From the NCBI GenBank assembly GCA_964016885.1, contig OZ024758.1:37076001-37140000 (forward strand): a stretch of 64,000 nt of DNA, in the 5' to 3' direction. The notes under the pieces are model-generated. The model was not told the origin of the DNA and ran no database searches. It saw only the letters and a program-made list of their open reading frames with translations. This stretch comes from Eledone cirrhosa (Eukaryota). The translations under genes were made by a program, and so were the position numbers. Positions 27,288 to 44,920 of this stretch are shown piece after piece. The stretch's first letter is position 1, and every line of letters begins with the position of its first letter.

Positions 27288-27337
27288 AATAAACGAAGCT
27301 AAATTTTAATCATTTGACTTTTATTTAACTTTATTTT

Positions 27338-31350
<4,013 letters not shown>

Positions 31351-31399
31351 ATAATAAATAAATAACAAAGAACGCTTATAGCATATGCATATCTTTACT

Positions 31400-31445
31400 T
31401 GCTAACATTGTTTCATCCACACTATAAGTGGGACTCATCAGAGCA
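31400..31445 (-). ncRNA. Hammerhead ribozyme motif (family D)
   Basis: Reverse complement of 33443-33488. Confidence 0.8.
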
Positions 31446-32115
31446 TAAAGGTTAATTACATACCATACAAGCAATAACAAATCCAAGACATTGAAGAATG
31501 AAAGGTAATAATAGACGATAGAGGATAAGAATAAAAAAATAAAAAATAAAAGTAAAATAAAAATAAAAATAAAAATAAGGGGTGCTATCTGTCACAGTTG
31601 GGCGGTGTGCTGTCAACATATAGTTACATACAAGCATACACATGGATAAGAGAACAGACAAGAGTAGACACATGGATAAGAGAACAGACAAGAGTAGATA
31701 AGATAATGGGATTAGGTAAGAGTAGGTAAAAAATAGGTAAAAAATAGGTAAAAAACAGACTTATAATATATATAAAAAGAAATACAAAGAAATACATAAC
31801 AAACTTACATATAAAATATAAAATATAGGGTAAGGAATGAGATAAAATAATATACAATTAAAAATTAAAAATTATATACATAGAACATAATATAGTATAA
31901 TCGTAAAATAAGATAAAATAAGGTAAACTAAAATCAAATAACATAGACTAAATTAACATTAAAATCAAATGTGTAATTATAATTATATGTATAATTAAAT
32001 GTAATTAAATGTAATTAAATAAATAAATAAAGAAATAAATAAATAAAAATTAAATAAATAAATAAAATTTAAATTTAAATTTTAAAATTTTAAAATTAAA
32101 ATCTAAATTTAAATA

Positions 32116-32178
<63 letters not shown>

Positions 32179-33442
32179 ATGGAGTCAAGTAAGTAAATAA
32201 ATAAAATTAGATAACATGAAATGAAATAAAATAAAATGAAATAAAGTAAATTGAGATAAGATATATATTTTTTTAGAATATATCTCTTGAATATATCAGG
32301 GGCCCACGAAGGCACTAAATGTCACAGTTATGTGTATCACTTGACCAATTTTTCAAAACATATTTCTTGAAAACATCAGGGGCCCACGAAGGCACTAAGT
32401 GTCACAGTCACCAGTATCACTTGACCATTGCAAGGCAATGGAGGCGTCCCAGGTTGGGCAGTCTCGAAAGTTCACTCGAAAGTCATGGGTGTGCATTCAC
32501 ACAGTTGAGCGGTGGGGTAATCACAAACCGGTTCACACACCAATTTTTTTTAAAACACATTTCTTGAAAACATCAGGGGCCCACGAAGGCGCTAAGTGTC
32601 ACAGTCACCAGTATCACTCGAGCGGTGGGGTAATCACAAACCGGTTCAACACGGGCAGGAGTCAAATGGTCAGAGAGGTGCATCAAAGGAGGTAGAAGAA
32701 TTCACATGCATTAGCAAGCGTGGGGTTAAAGCAAGCAGATACAGTTGTAGCGCATACAAAATATAAAAAGATAGCTTCAAGAGCCATTAAGTCACCGCAT
32801 TGGGACATCACAAGATTATACACATCAATATGTTCAGTACGTATATGCACGTATACACACCACATGCACATGCAGAGACGGTATACATATATATATATAT
32901 ATATTTTTTTATATATACACACAGACACATATAACCACCTACACCCATACACATATAAATGTATACACGGGCACACACGCACACACACACAGCGTAGGAC
33001 ACCCGGGTCAAAGCCGATATTAAATACGATATTAAATACAATATTAAATATTAAACACCGAAATACCACATTAGATGAGACCCACCACCACAGGTAATAT
33101 ATTCAAAACAAATACATACGATGAGATGTATTAAAATAAAGTTGAAATCCTACGGAGATATTCATGTCTGCACGTGCCATTGACCGATTCGAGTGTACAC
33201 AGACCGTTAGTAACTACGGAGGGCCATCGGGGCCAAAACGTTACTTTCGGGATCATAAAAACGACCGTCAATATAAGGAAGGCCGATCGTGCTAGAAAGA
33301 CTACAACCCCGGGTAAGAGTTCCCAGAGGTCAGCCTGTAGATCTTGAACCACAGAATATGAGGGCAACACATATATGCGCCACGTATCCACTGCTTACGG
33401 CAGGATGGCACGGGTCCGCCACAGGTATGTAATTAACCTTTA

Positions 33443-33488
33443 TGCTCTGATGAGTCCCACTTATAGTGTGGATGAAACAATGTTAGCA
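33443..33488 (+). ncRNA. Hammerhead ribozyme motif (family D)
   Basis: tgct-CTGATGA-[gtcccac ttata gtgtggat]-GAAA-caatg-TT-agca then AATAAA. Confidence 0.82.
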
Positions 33489-33531
33489 AATAAAGATATG
33501 CATATGCTATAAGCGTTCTTTGTTATTTACT

Positions 33532-33539
<8 letters not shown>

Positions 33540-33612
<73 letters not shown>

Positions 33613-33710
33613 TACACATATACACATATACATATATACACACACACACACACCTACACATACATACAGATACACGTATATAAAGATATATATACACACA
33701 CACACATATA

Positions 33711-33745
<35 letters not shown>

Positions 33746-33754
33746 CATATATAC

Positions 33755-33785
<31 letters not shown>

Positions 33786-34043
33786 CACACATATACATAC
33801 ACACATACACACATACATACATACACACACACATACATACACACACATACATACTCATACATAGACATAGATATATACTCACACACACATACGCACTTAC
33901 ATATACGCATATATACAAATACATACACATCCATATATGCGTATATACATACAAACACCACTACACGCTCACACAACTCAGACATACAAAGAAAAAGGTA
34001 TATACATACACATATATACACATATAAATAGAGATACATATAC

Positions 34044-34074
<31 letters not shown>

Positions 34075-34153
34075 CACACACGTACACACATAAACACACA
34101 TACAAACACATACATACACACATACATATATATATATATACACACACACAAAG

Positions 34154-34226
<73 letters not shown>

Positions 34227-34498
34227 CACATACATATATATACACATGCACACACATACATACATGCATACATACACATACACATAGATATATATAAAAA
34301 AATAAAGAAATAAGATAAATAAAAAAATAAATAAATTAATACACACAGTCAGACAAATATGCACACACATACATATACATATATGTATATATATATATAT
34401 ACACACACACATATACACACACACATACATACATATATACATACATACACACACACATATATATACATACATATACACACATCAACTACAAATATATA

Positions 34499-34531
<33 letters not shown>

Positions 34532-34578
34532 TACATATTTTCATATATATATATATACATATATATATTATAATAATA

Positions 34579-34613
<35 letters not shown>

Positions 34614-34820
34614 TACATATATATACACACACACTCACATATATATGCGCACATACGTACACATATACACATACACACATATACACATAGACATATACAT
34701 GTGCATACATGTACATACACACATATACCCACATAGATACAAAGATACACATATATATAGAGAGACATACATATACACACACATATATACACACACATAT
34801 ATACACACATATATATACAT

Positions 34821-34863
<43 letters not shown>

Positions 34864-35625
34864 ATCATACACCCTTATTTGCATGCGCATATATGTATTT
34901 TTATACTTACATATAAACACCCAAACATATATACACCTACCTACATATACATACATACATACACGCTTACAAATACAAATAATAATAGTAGGGGGGGAAA
35001 GGGGGGGGAGAAGGGGATTATAGTAAATATATGTTTCAAGAAACATAGAATATTAATCTGCATTTAGATCACAATATGTGTTTACATAGTTTCAGTATTA
35101 GGAAATGCAAGAAAGAAGGCAAAACTATGCATTTCAATATAAGTATACCATTAATTATAGGTTAACTAAACTAAAGATAGTTAATATATTGATTTCTAAG
35201 GTGTAAATTACTTAGGTTTATAATATTTGAAGCAGAATTTTGAAGTTAAATAGTAGTAGAGTATTAATTATAGTATAACTAAATTAAAATTATTAACGTT
35301 ATGGTATCAATATTAGGAAATGAATTTAGTAATAGGGAAAAAACAAATAAAGTATTACATCGGTAGTAGAATATAAATTATAGGTTAACTAAATTAAAAA
35401 TTATATATTAATTTCTATAGTATATGTTAATTAGGTATATAATAAATAAAACAGATATTGTATTTTATCAATAGTAGAATATAATTATAGGTAAACAGAA
35501 ATTAAAATTAATACATACACATATACATATACATACATATATATATACACATATATATACATATATACACATACATAAATATACATACATATACATATTT
35601 TTTCAAAAATTGCAAAGAATATATT
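33540..35625 (-). repeat. Left arm of a ~2.1-kb inverted duplication (mirror of 36856-37884 plus 38441-39497)
   Basis: Unique segments match in reverse complement, e.g. 35000-35625 vs 36856-37480 and 33860-34000 vs 39050-39190. Confidence 0.92.
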
Positions 35626-36420
35626 GTGGTGAGATCATTAACATTAATCCTCCTAGTAAACATCACGATACAACCTATAAAAATAATAAAAATAATAAAC
35701 AACATAGAAACCGTAATAGACGGGTTACTTGGTATAATGCTCCATTTAATTTACAAATTAAGGATAATATTGCTAAAAAATGTTTTTATATCCTAGAGAA
35801 AAACTTCCCGCCAAACCACAAATACCATCAACTCTTAAATAGGTCTACAGTTAAATTCTCATACTCAACAACAAATAACATAAAACAAAATATAAGTGCC
35901 TATAATGCATATAAATGTAAGAAAACCATAAGTATACCACCAATACATCAAACTAACCATAATATCTCCTCAAATACAGAATTAACGAAAGGTTGTAACT
36001 GTAGAAACAAAGCAAACTGCCCATTAAAAGGAAATTGTCTTGTTAACAACATAGTTTATAAATGTAATGTTAAAACTAAAGATTCTATTTGCTCATATAT
36101 AGGAGCTACTTCTAACAATTTTAAGACAAGGTTTAATACCCACAAACATAGTTTTTAAAAATGCCGCACTGGCTAATACAACATCTCTAGCAGAAAAAAT
36201 CAATAGTTATAAAAATAAGAATATAGAATATGATTTGACCTGGAGTGTGCTCAAAAGAGCCACCCCTTATCAAAATAATAGAAATGAATGTAGATTATGT
36301 TCCCAAGAACTATTTGAAATAATGAAATCTAAGGATATCCTATTAAATAAACGACAGGAATTAATTATATCGTGTAATCATAAACTAAAAAAAACATTTA
36401 AATATTATAAACCTAATTAA
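35626..36420 (+). pseudogene. Penelope-like element C-terminal ORF (Cys knuckle plus GIY-YIG), Naiad-like; 5'-truncated, one frameshift
   Basis: R.VTWYNAPF...NFPPNHKYH.LLNR.TVK.SYS; CNCR...CPL.GNCL..NIVYKC; YIGAT...FKTRF..H; C.LC..E...LLNKR.E....CNHK; +1 T at ~36152-36156 links ORFs 35610-36158 and 36235-36420. Confidence 0.85.
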
Positions 36421-37617
36421 TAACATTATTTTAGAAATTAATATATAATTTAATTTAAATGTTAGTTTAACCTATAAATTTAATTTAATTAAAATTCTAC
36501 TACAGATGAGAATATCAAATATTGTGTAATCATAAATTGTGAAAAACCTTTAAATATTACTAATATATACTTAGTAATTTAATTTATAGATTAATTTTAA
36601 TTTATTTAACCCTTTATTAAAATTCCTTTACAGATAAAATATAACAAAATATCGTGTATTCAATGACAGAGAAATAATTTTTAGTATTATAGACCTAATT
36701 AATATACATTTTAGAAATATATTTATAATTTGGTTTTAAATGTGGTCAACCTAAAAATTTAATTTAATTGGCTTAAAAATAGTATCCTAATACAGATGGA
36801 TTGCAGAGTGTCATGTAATCATAGAATGGGATAGGTTTTGGATGTATACCTAGTTAATATATTCTTTGCAATTTTTGAAAAAATATGTATATGTATGTAT
36901 ATTTATGTATGTGTATATATGTATATATATGTGTATATATATATGTATGTATATGTGTATGTATTAATTTTAATTTCTGTTTACCTATAATTATATTCTA
37001 CTATTGATAAAATACAATATCTGTTTTATTTATTATATACCTAATTAACATATACTATAGAAATTAATATATAATTTTTAATTTAGTTAACCTATAATTT
37101 ATATTCTACTACCGATGTAATACTTTATTTGTTTTTTCCCTATTACTAAATTCATTTCCTAATATTGATACCATAACGTTAATAATTTTAATTTAGTTAT
37201 ACTATAATTAATACTCTACTACTATTTAACTTCAAAATTCTGCTTCAAATATTATAAACCTAAGTAATTTACACCTTAGAAATCAATATATTAACTAACT
37301 TTAGTTTAGTTAACCTATAATTAATGGTATACTTATATTGAAATGCATAGTTTTGCCTTCTTTCTTGCATTTCCTAATACTGAAACTATGTAAACACATA
37401 TTGTGATCTAAATGCAGATTAATATTCTATGTTTCTTGAAACATATATTTACTATAATCCCCTTCTCCCCTCCCTCCCCTCCCCCCCCGCTACTATTATT
37501 ATTTGTATTTGTAAGCGTGTATGTATGTATGTATATGTAGGTAGGTGTATATATGTTTGGGTGTTTATATGTAAGTATAAAAATACATATATGCGCATGC
37601 AAATAAGGGTGTATGAT

Positions 37618-37664
<47 letters not shown>

Positions 37665-37884
37665 ATGTATATATATGTGTGTATATATGTGTGTGTATAT
37701 ATGTGTGTGTATATGTATGTCTCTCTATATATATGTGTATCTTTGTATCTATGTGGGTATATGTGTGTATGTACATGTATGCACATGTATATGTCTATGT
37801 GTATATGTGTGTATGTGTATATGTGTACGTATGTGCGCATATATATGTGAGTGTGTGTGTATATATATGTATGTATATATATAT

Positions 37885-38437
37885 CATGGTCGGGTCGTTG
37901 GCGACTAAACTGGCAACCCCACCAAGGTTTCTTGGTGAGGAGGGTGACTTTGGACATCCTGCAGGACTAAAAACAAAACCTGTCAAAGGGCAAAGGAGCT
38001 CTTAAGAGTCAATGGCCATCCAAAATCACTGGGAGAGATGACCCCTTAGCCTTTGTCAAGGCAGAATTCTAGGAGAAGGAAAACTCTGATATAACACCTG
38101 CAACCCTGATGGTATCCAATGATGTTGACTTGTTCTTTTTTTTGGTAAATATCATCTTGGTTAAGAGAGTGGGACTGGCTTTGTGCAGTGCCTTTGCTCA
38201 CTATAAAAGCTTCACGGCACAGGCATTGCTTTATATCTGGAGATCTCTCTGCACTTGTCGTCACATGGTACCATGGGCCCAGCACTATGTGTCATTGATT
38301 GTCACAAGTGTAGTGTTTGTACCAGAGTTTTCAAGTCGCTGGCTGGACTAAAAAGTCACACTCGTTCAGCGCATCGGTAGGGGTTCTCCTACATGGATAT
38401 AAAGTAGTGGCCGTACTCGAGAGCGAGTTGGCAGCCA

Positions 38438-38440
<3 letters not shown>
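37885..38440 (+). mobile_element. Short bipartite non-autonomous RTE-derived element (5' UTR-like part fused to 3' end), inserted in (TA)n
   Basis: Absent from the mirrored arm; contains ctaggagaaggaaaactctga (RTE 5' UTR-like, recalled from memory) and 38300-38380 encoding CHKCSVCTRVFKSLAGLKSHTRSAHR*. Confidence 0.65.
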
Positions 38441-38473
<33 letters not shown>

Positions 38474-38522
38474 TATTATTATAATATATATATGTATATA
38501 TATATATATATGAAAATATGTA

Positions 38523-38555
<33 letters not shown>

Positions 38556-38644
38556 TATATATTTGTAGTTGATGTGTGTATATGTATGTATATATATGTG
38601 TGTGTGTATGTATGTGTATACGTATGTATGTGTGTGTGTATATG

Positions 38645-38675
<31 letters not shown>

Positions 38676-38827
38676 GTATATGTATGTGTGTGCATATTTG
38701 TCTGACTGTGTGTATTAATTAATTTATTTTTTTATTTATCTTATTTCTTTATTTTTTTATATATATGTATGTGTATGTGTATGTATGTATGTATGTATGT
38801 GTGTGCATGTGTATATATATGTATGTG

Positions 38828-38892
<65 letters not shown>

Positions 38893-38973
38893 CTTTGTGT
38901 GTGTGTATATATATATATATATGTATGTGTGTATGTATGTGTTTGTATGTGTGTTTATGTGTGTACGTGTGTG

Positions 38974-39004
<31 letters not shown>

Positions 39005-39262
39005 GTATATGTATCTCTATTTATATGTGTATATATGTGTATGTATATACCTTTTTCTTTGTATGTCTGAGGTGTGTGAGCGTGTAGTGGTGTTTGTATG
39101 TATATACGCATATATGGATGTGTATGTATTTGTATATATGCGTATATGTAAGTGCGTATGTGTGTGTGAGTATATATCTATGTCTATGTATGAGTATGTA
39201 TGTGTGTGTATGTATGTGTGTGTGTATGTATGCATGTGTGTATGTGTGTATGTATATGTGTG

Positions 39263-39293
<31 letters not shown>

Positions 39294-39302
39294 GTATATA
39301 TG

Positions 39303-39339
<37 letters not shown>

Positions 39340-39447
39340 TATATGTGTGTGTGTGTATATATATCTTTATATATGTGTATCTGTATGTATGTGTAGGTGT
39401 GTGTGTGTGTGTGTATATATGTATATGTGTATATGTGTATGTGTGTG

Positions 39448-39508
<61 letters not shown>

Positions 39509-39634
39509 ATGTGTATGTGTGTATGTGTGTATATATATATTTATATATATATATATATATATTTATATGTGGGTATGTATGTGTGTGTGTATATATATGA
39601 GTGTATTTATATATATATATGTATGTAGATGTGA

Positions 39635-39690
<56 letters not shown>

Positions 39691-39744
39691 ATGTATATAT
39701 GTGTATATGTATGAGTGTGTATATATATACGAGTGTTGTGAGTG

Positions 39745-39777
<33 letters not shown>

Positions 39778-39804
39778 GTATGCGTGTATGTGTATATGTG
39801 TGTA

Positions 39805-39841
<37 letters not shown>

Positions 39842-40207
39842 TTATGTGTGTATGTGTCTATGTATTTATATGTGTATATGTATGTGTCTCTATATGTATG
39901 CGTGTGTGTATGTGTATGTGTATTTATATGGTATGTGTATGTATATGTATGTGTATGTATGTGTTTGTATATATGTGTATGTATATGTATGTATATGTAT
40001 GTGTGTGTATGCGTGTGTATTTATTTATATGTCTATATGTATGTATATCGATGTATATTTTATATTTTACTTGTTTGTATATATATATGTATGTGTATGT
40101 ATATGTGTATATATATATGTGTGTGTATATGTGTGTGTATATATGTGTATATATATGTGTATATATATATATATATGTGTGTATATATGTGTATATATAT
40201 ATGTATA

Positions 40208-40255
<48 letters not shown>

Positions 40256-40280
40256 GATGTATATATATATATATATTTTC
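38441..40280. repeat. Compound (TA)/(TG)/(TATG) low-complexity tract
   Basis: Direct inspection. Confidence 0.9.
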
Positions 40281-40886
40281 TTGATATATTTCTTTTTTCT
40301 TTTTTCTTTTTTCTTTTTCTTTTCTTTTTATTTCTAAGTTTATAGATACATTTATAAATAGGCAGTCTGCCGAAACCGTTGAATACTGACCTCTCCCCCC
40401 CCCCCTCCCACCTAATTTCTGTATCCTGATCTAAATATGTGTGGCAGTGTTTATGTGCGTGCATTAATGTCCATATGCTTATGATAATACTATATGCACA
40501 TATATATGTGTGTGGGGGTGTGTGTGTGTATGTATGTTCGTAGTTATGTGTATGTTTATGCATATAGTGTACGAATGTGTACGAATATGTGTGAGTATAT
40601 GAATGTGTGTATACATTTATTTCATATTTATGTGTCTATACGCATTTTATCTGTAGATTATAAACTTACAGAGACATTAGCCTTGAATTTTTGTATTTAC
40701 ATACATCTTTTTGGCATGCGTATGCATGTGAACATATATCTTTATGTAAATATGTGTACGAAGTTAATTACATGTATATACACACACCTAACTGCATAAA
40801 ATTTTTTGTATTTTCATTGGTCAATTTGAACTCTGTTCCCAAACGGACCTGAAATTTTGAATTGTTGTTATTATCAATAAATATAT

Positions 40887-41039
40887 TTCATTATTTCTGA
40901 AGACGCATATATATGTGTTTGGTATGTATATTTAATTTTGATAGTTTGTATAATATTGTATAATTTTGTACATAGATCTGTTGAATATGCATGCCAATTC
41001 TAACACATATATATCCTAGAAACGATCGTTAATAATGAA
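40887..41039 (+). ncRNA. Hammerhead ribozyme motif with ~115-nt stem II domain (family E)
   Basis: ttcattatt(t)-CTGAAGA-[..atatatatgtgtt...aacacatatatat..]-GAAA-cgatcg-TT-aataatgaa. Confidence 0.65.
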
Positions 41040-41095
41040 CTTTTTTTTGTTTAATATAAGGAACTGTTTCATTGTTTTATTCATTATTTTTTTAA

Positions 41096-41213
<118 letters not shown>

Positions 41214-41267
41214 TTTTTGTTTAATATAAGGAACTGTTTCATTGTTTTATTCATTATTTTTTTAATA

Positions 41268-41344
<77 letters not shown>

Positions 41345-41447
41345 TATATATATATATATATATATTAATATATATATATATATACACATATATACATATA
41401 CACATATATATATATATATATATACACATATATATATATATATATAT

Positions 41448-41536
<89 letters not shown>

Positions 41537-41552
41537 AATATATATATATATA

Positions 41553-44060
41553 TGTTCATGGAGCAAGCAATACTCCTCCCAACAAGAGGCGAAAATGTCC
41601 TGGACCTCTGTTTTACAAACAACGAAGTGCTCATCCACAATGTAAAGGTGACACCAACAATTCTCTCGGATCATAACTTGGTAGAGCTAATGATATGTGG
41701 TCCAAGAGAACCAACAGAGACAAAACCACCAAGAAGCTCCGGGACGCTATCCAGCCTTAACTTCTACGGGGCTGACTGGAAGAAGATTAAGAGTGAAATC
41801 CGGAAGCAAACATGGAGTGCAAACATCGCCACACAAGACACTAACACACAATTTCAACACTTCATGACAACGATACACACCATATGCAAAAAGTGTGTCC
41901 CGGAGAAAGAGGCAAACAGACACAAAAATCTTATTCCCAGAGATAGGAAAATCCTTATGAGACGTAGAACTAAACTCTCAAACCAGTTGAATAGTCAACA
42001 AAACCAAAACAAGAAGGAATCCTATTTGAAACGTGCACTACTTGACACCGAGATTGCACTCAAGCTTTCACATGAGAATGAGAGGGCAAGGAAAGAGAAC
42101 AGGGCCATAGAAAACATTAAAACAAACCTAAGGCCTTCTTTAAATTTGCAAAAGAAACTGCCTCAGTACACTGCAAGATTGGACCACTCTTCCACACGGA
42201 CGGTTCATTAACCGAAAATCCCCAAGAGATATGTGAAATACTGAACGAACAGTACAAACGTGTCTTCACATGTCCACTGAGGCACATGCAAATAACGAAG
42301 CCAGAGGAGTTCTTTGATGCCACAACACTACATCAAGAAATGGCAACCATCAACCACATAGACATAACGGAGGAGGATGTGGTGTACGCCATTGATGAAA
42401 TTAGAACAGACTCGGCTGCTGGACCTGATGGATTCCCAGCAGTTCTCCTAAAAATATGTAAGCGGGCCTTAGCAACTCCACTGAAGATGCTCTTCAGAAG
42501 CTCCTTGGCTAGCGGTGTACTACCCAGGGAGCTGAAAGAAGGCACAATATGCCCTATCCATAAAGGAGGTAGTAGAGCGGAGGCCAGGAACTATAGGCCA
42601 GTCTCCCTGACGTCGCATATCAGTAAGGTCATGGAGCGAATCGTCAGAAAGAAACTAATCACTTTCCTCGAAGAAAATGACCGCCTGACTAGCACGCAAC
42701 ATGGCTTCCGCCCAGGAAGAAGCTGCCTTACACAGCTGCTACATCACTACGACTGGGTACTGAAACAACTACTAGACAGCTCACATGTAGACGTGATATA
42801 TCTTGACTTTGCGAAGGCCTTTGGCAAGGTCGACCACGGAATGATATGTCACAAACTACACGGACTCGGCATAACTGGAAAAGTAGGTGAGTGGCTGCAT
42901 GGATTCCTAAGGGACAGAAGCCAGGCAGTCGCAGCAAATGGGGCCCTCTCGAGGGAAACACCGATAACAAGTGGGGTGCCCCAGGGGACAGTCCAGGGAC
43001 CACTACTGTTTTTGGTGGCTCTCTCGGACATGCCCTCTGTGGTGCATGCAACAACATCCCTCACTAGCTATGCTGATGACACTAAGGTAGCACAGGCAAT
43101 CAAAAACCCGGCTGACGCTGCCCTCTTACAGCAGGATCTGGATGCCATATACAGATGGGCGGAAGAAAACAACATGCAGTTTAATGCTGGCAAATTCCAA
43201 GCCCTACAATACAAACCTGCAAACACAAACACAAATATAGCGGAACACAGCTACACAGGACCAGGACGGACCGATATCCCCGTGTCAAAATCGATACGAG
43301 ACCTGGACATAGACATGAGCGATGATGCATCTTTTTCTTCACACATCATGAAGGTGGCGACAACATGTAGACGATTCGCTGGCTGGATCTTGAGGACTTT
43401 CCTTACAAGAGATCGAGACACCATGTTGAAACTGTGGAGGACTTTTGTCCTAAGCCGCCTGGACTACTGCTCCCAGCTGTGGTCACCCCATAGTGTCAAA
43501 CTAACCACGGAGCTTGAGGCAATCCAGCGAAGCTACACCAAGAGGATTGCCAAGATGAGGGAGACAAGCTACTGGGAGAGGCTAAAGGAACTGAACCTCT
43601 ACTCCTTGGAGCGAAGACGGGAGAGATACGCAGTGATCTACATGTGGAAAATCCTGGATGGACTAGCACCAAACTTTGGCATTGGGAGCTGGACCAACCG
43701 TCGAACAGGACGTCACTGTGTGGTGCCAAAGGTCCCGTCTTCCACATCTAGAATAAGGAGCAGGTATTGCAATAGCCTGGGATTCAAGGGCCCTCAACTC
43801 TTCAACAGGCTGCCGAGGCATCTGCGGGACTTGCATGACGTGGAGGTGGTGTCTTTAAGAAACATCTCGACACCTTGTTATCCAGGATCCCGGATGAGCC
43901 CACAGCAAGACACGAGGGAAACCTAAGGGCAGCAGCAACAAACTCCCTCCTACACCAGTGGCCAACCTATACAGGCTGGAGATAAAATGTGTAGCAACAA
44001 GGGCGGTGCCCCAGCATGGCCTCAGCCGGATGGCTGAAACAGGTAAAAGAGTAAAAGAGT
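41553..44060 (+). mobile_element. 5'-truncated CR1-group LINE (end of AP endonuclease plus reverse transcriptase), frameshifted
   Basis: [13 protein letters not shown]; GPDG; NYRPVSLTS; QHGFRPGRSC; YLDFAKAF; GVPQG; YADD; LYSLERRR; frameshifts near 42130 and 43855; (GTAAAAGA)2 tail; flanked by (TA)n. Confidence 0.93.
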
Positions 44061-44072
44061 ATATATATATAT

Positions 44073-44104
<32 letters not shown>

Positions 44105-44360
44105 GTAGGAGGTGAGTTTTATTGTAGTACAATAAAGCAATGCAGATATCGGATAAGAAGCACTCTACAGTTTGTGGGACTGGAGTATGCATAATATAAG
44201 ATCAAAAGATGGTTAAAGGAGTTCAATATATTTTATTATGCGCATTTCAAAAACAAACATCATCAAACAATAATATTTGTGTTTTCATCAGATAAAACAG
44301 GAGAACATGATATGAAGGCTAAAAAAACACTTGTTGATAGTGCAGTTTTAAATCAACATA
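44105..44360 (-). mobile_element. Family B terminal repeat with hammerhead at 44231-44297
   Basis: Near-identical to 25666-25922. Confidence 0.8.
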
Positions 44361-44811
44361 TGAAAAGTGGTTTTAGATTGATGTGTGATATTGGGAAAAA
44401 TATTTTATTTAGAGAGGGGGGGAGAGAAAAGGATGAAAAGGGAAGGAGATGAGAGGGAGAGATGGGTGATAGAGAGATTACCACAATAACTAGGGAGCGG
44501 AGGACAAGATAAGCTGGACATTGCTACTGAGGGTAGGATGAGCTGGCTATTGTGGTGGATACCTAAACATTGTAAGACCCTAGTGGGATGACTGAGATTG
44601 ACCTACATAGATCAGATGTCCAGCTGGAGATTAATGATCTCAGGAATACCATGGGAGATTGTGACATCTAAAAAAGAAGAGTAGAATTGTTATGGCCAAT
44701 CCAGCTGACCTAATAAATCTAAAGTAAGGAGCGCGGGACTGTGTACGGTTTATAATGTTTTATCCCACTAGTAAAATAAGTTGCATTACTTTGAATAAAT
44801 AATTGTTTCTA

Positions 44812-44920
44812 CATTACTGGTACTATATTTTATCGACCCTGTAAGGATGAAAGGCAAAGTTAACCTCGGTGGGATTTGAACTCAGAATAGCAAGGGCCGT
44901 ACCTCAATGCATCAAAGCAT
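44812..44920 (-). mobile_element. Partial tRNA-derived SINE
   Basis: actggtactatattttatcgaccctgtaaggatgaaaggc...ggatttgaactc, reverse complement of the 22536 family. Confidence 0.85.

Larger units (their letters stand above)
26992..27337. mobile_element. Non-coding Penelope-type terminal repeat (family C) with fold-back palindrome 27081-27337
   Basis: ~128-bp arms around a 1-nt centre (27209, atagacaa-c-ttgtctat); bounded by (TA)n. Confidence 0.8.
31351..33538. mobile_element. ~2.2-kb non-coding element bounded by ~114-bp inverted repeats, each carrying an outward-facing hammerhead (family D)
   Basis: 31351-31464 is the reverse complement of 33424-33538; (TA)n on both sides; interior has (AAAT)n and three copies of a catcaggggcccacgaaggc repeat, no recognisable ORF. 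Confidence 0.75.

Noticed and set aside
36140-36240. Selenocysteine read-through as described for some Naiad elements
   Set aside because: The interruption is a TAA created by a 1-nt frameshift, not an in-frame TGA; no SECIS recognised
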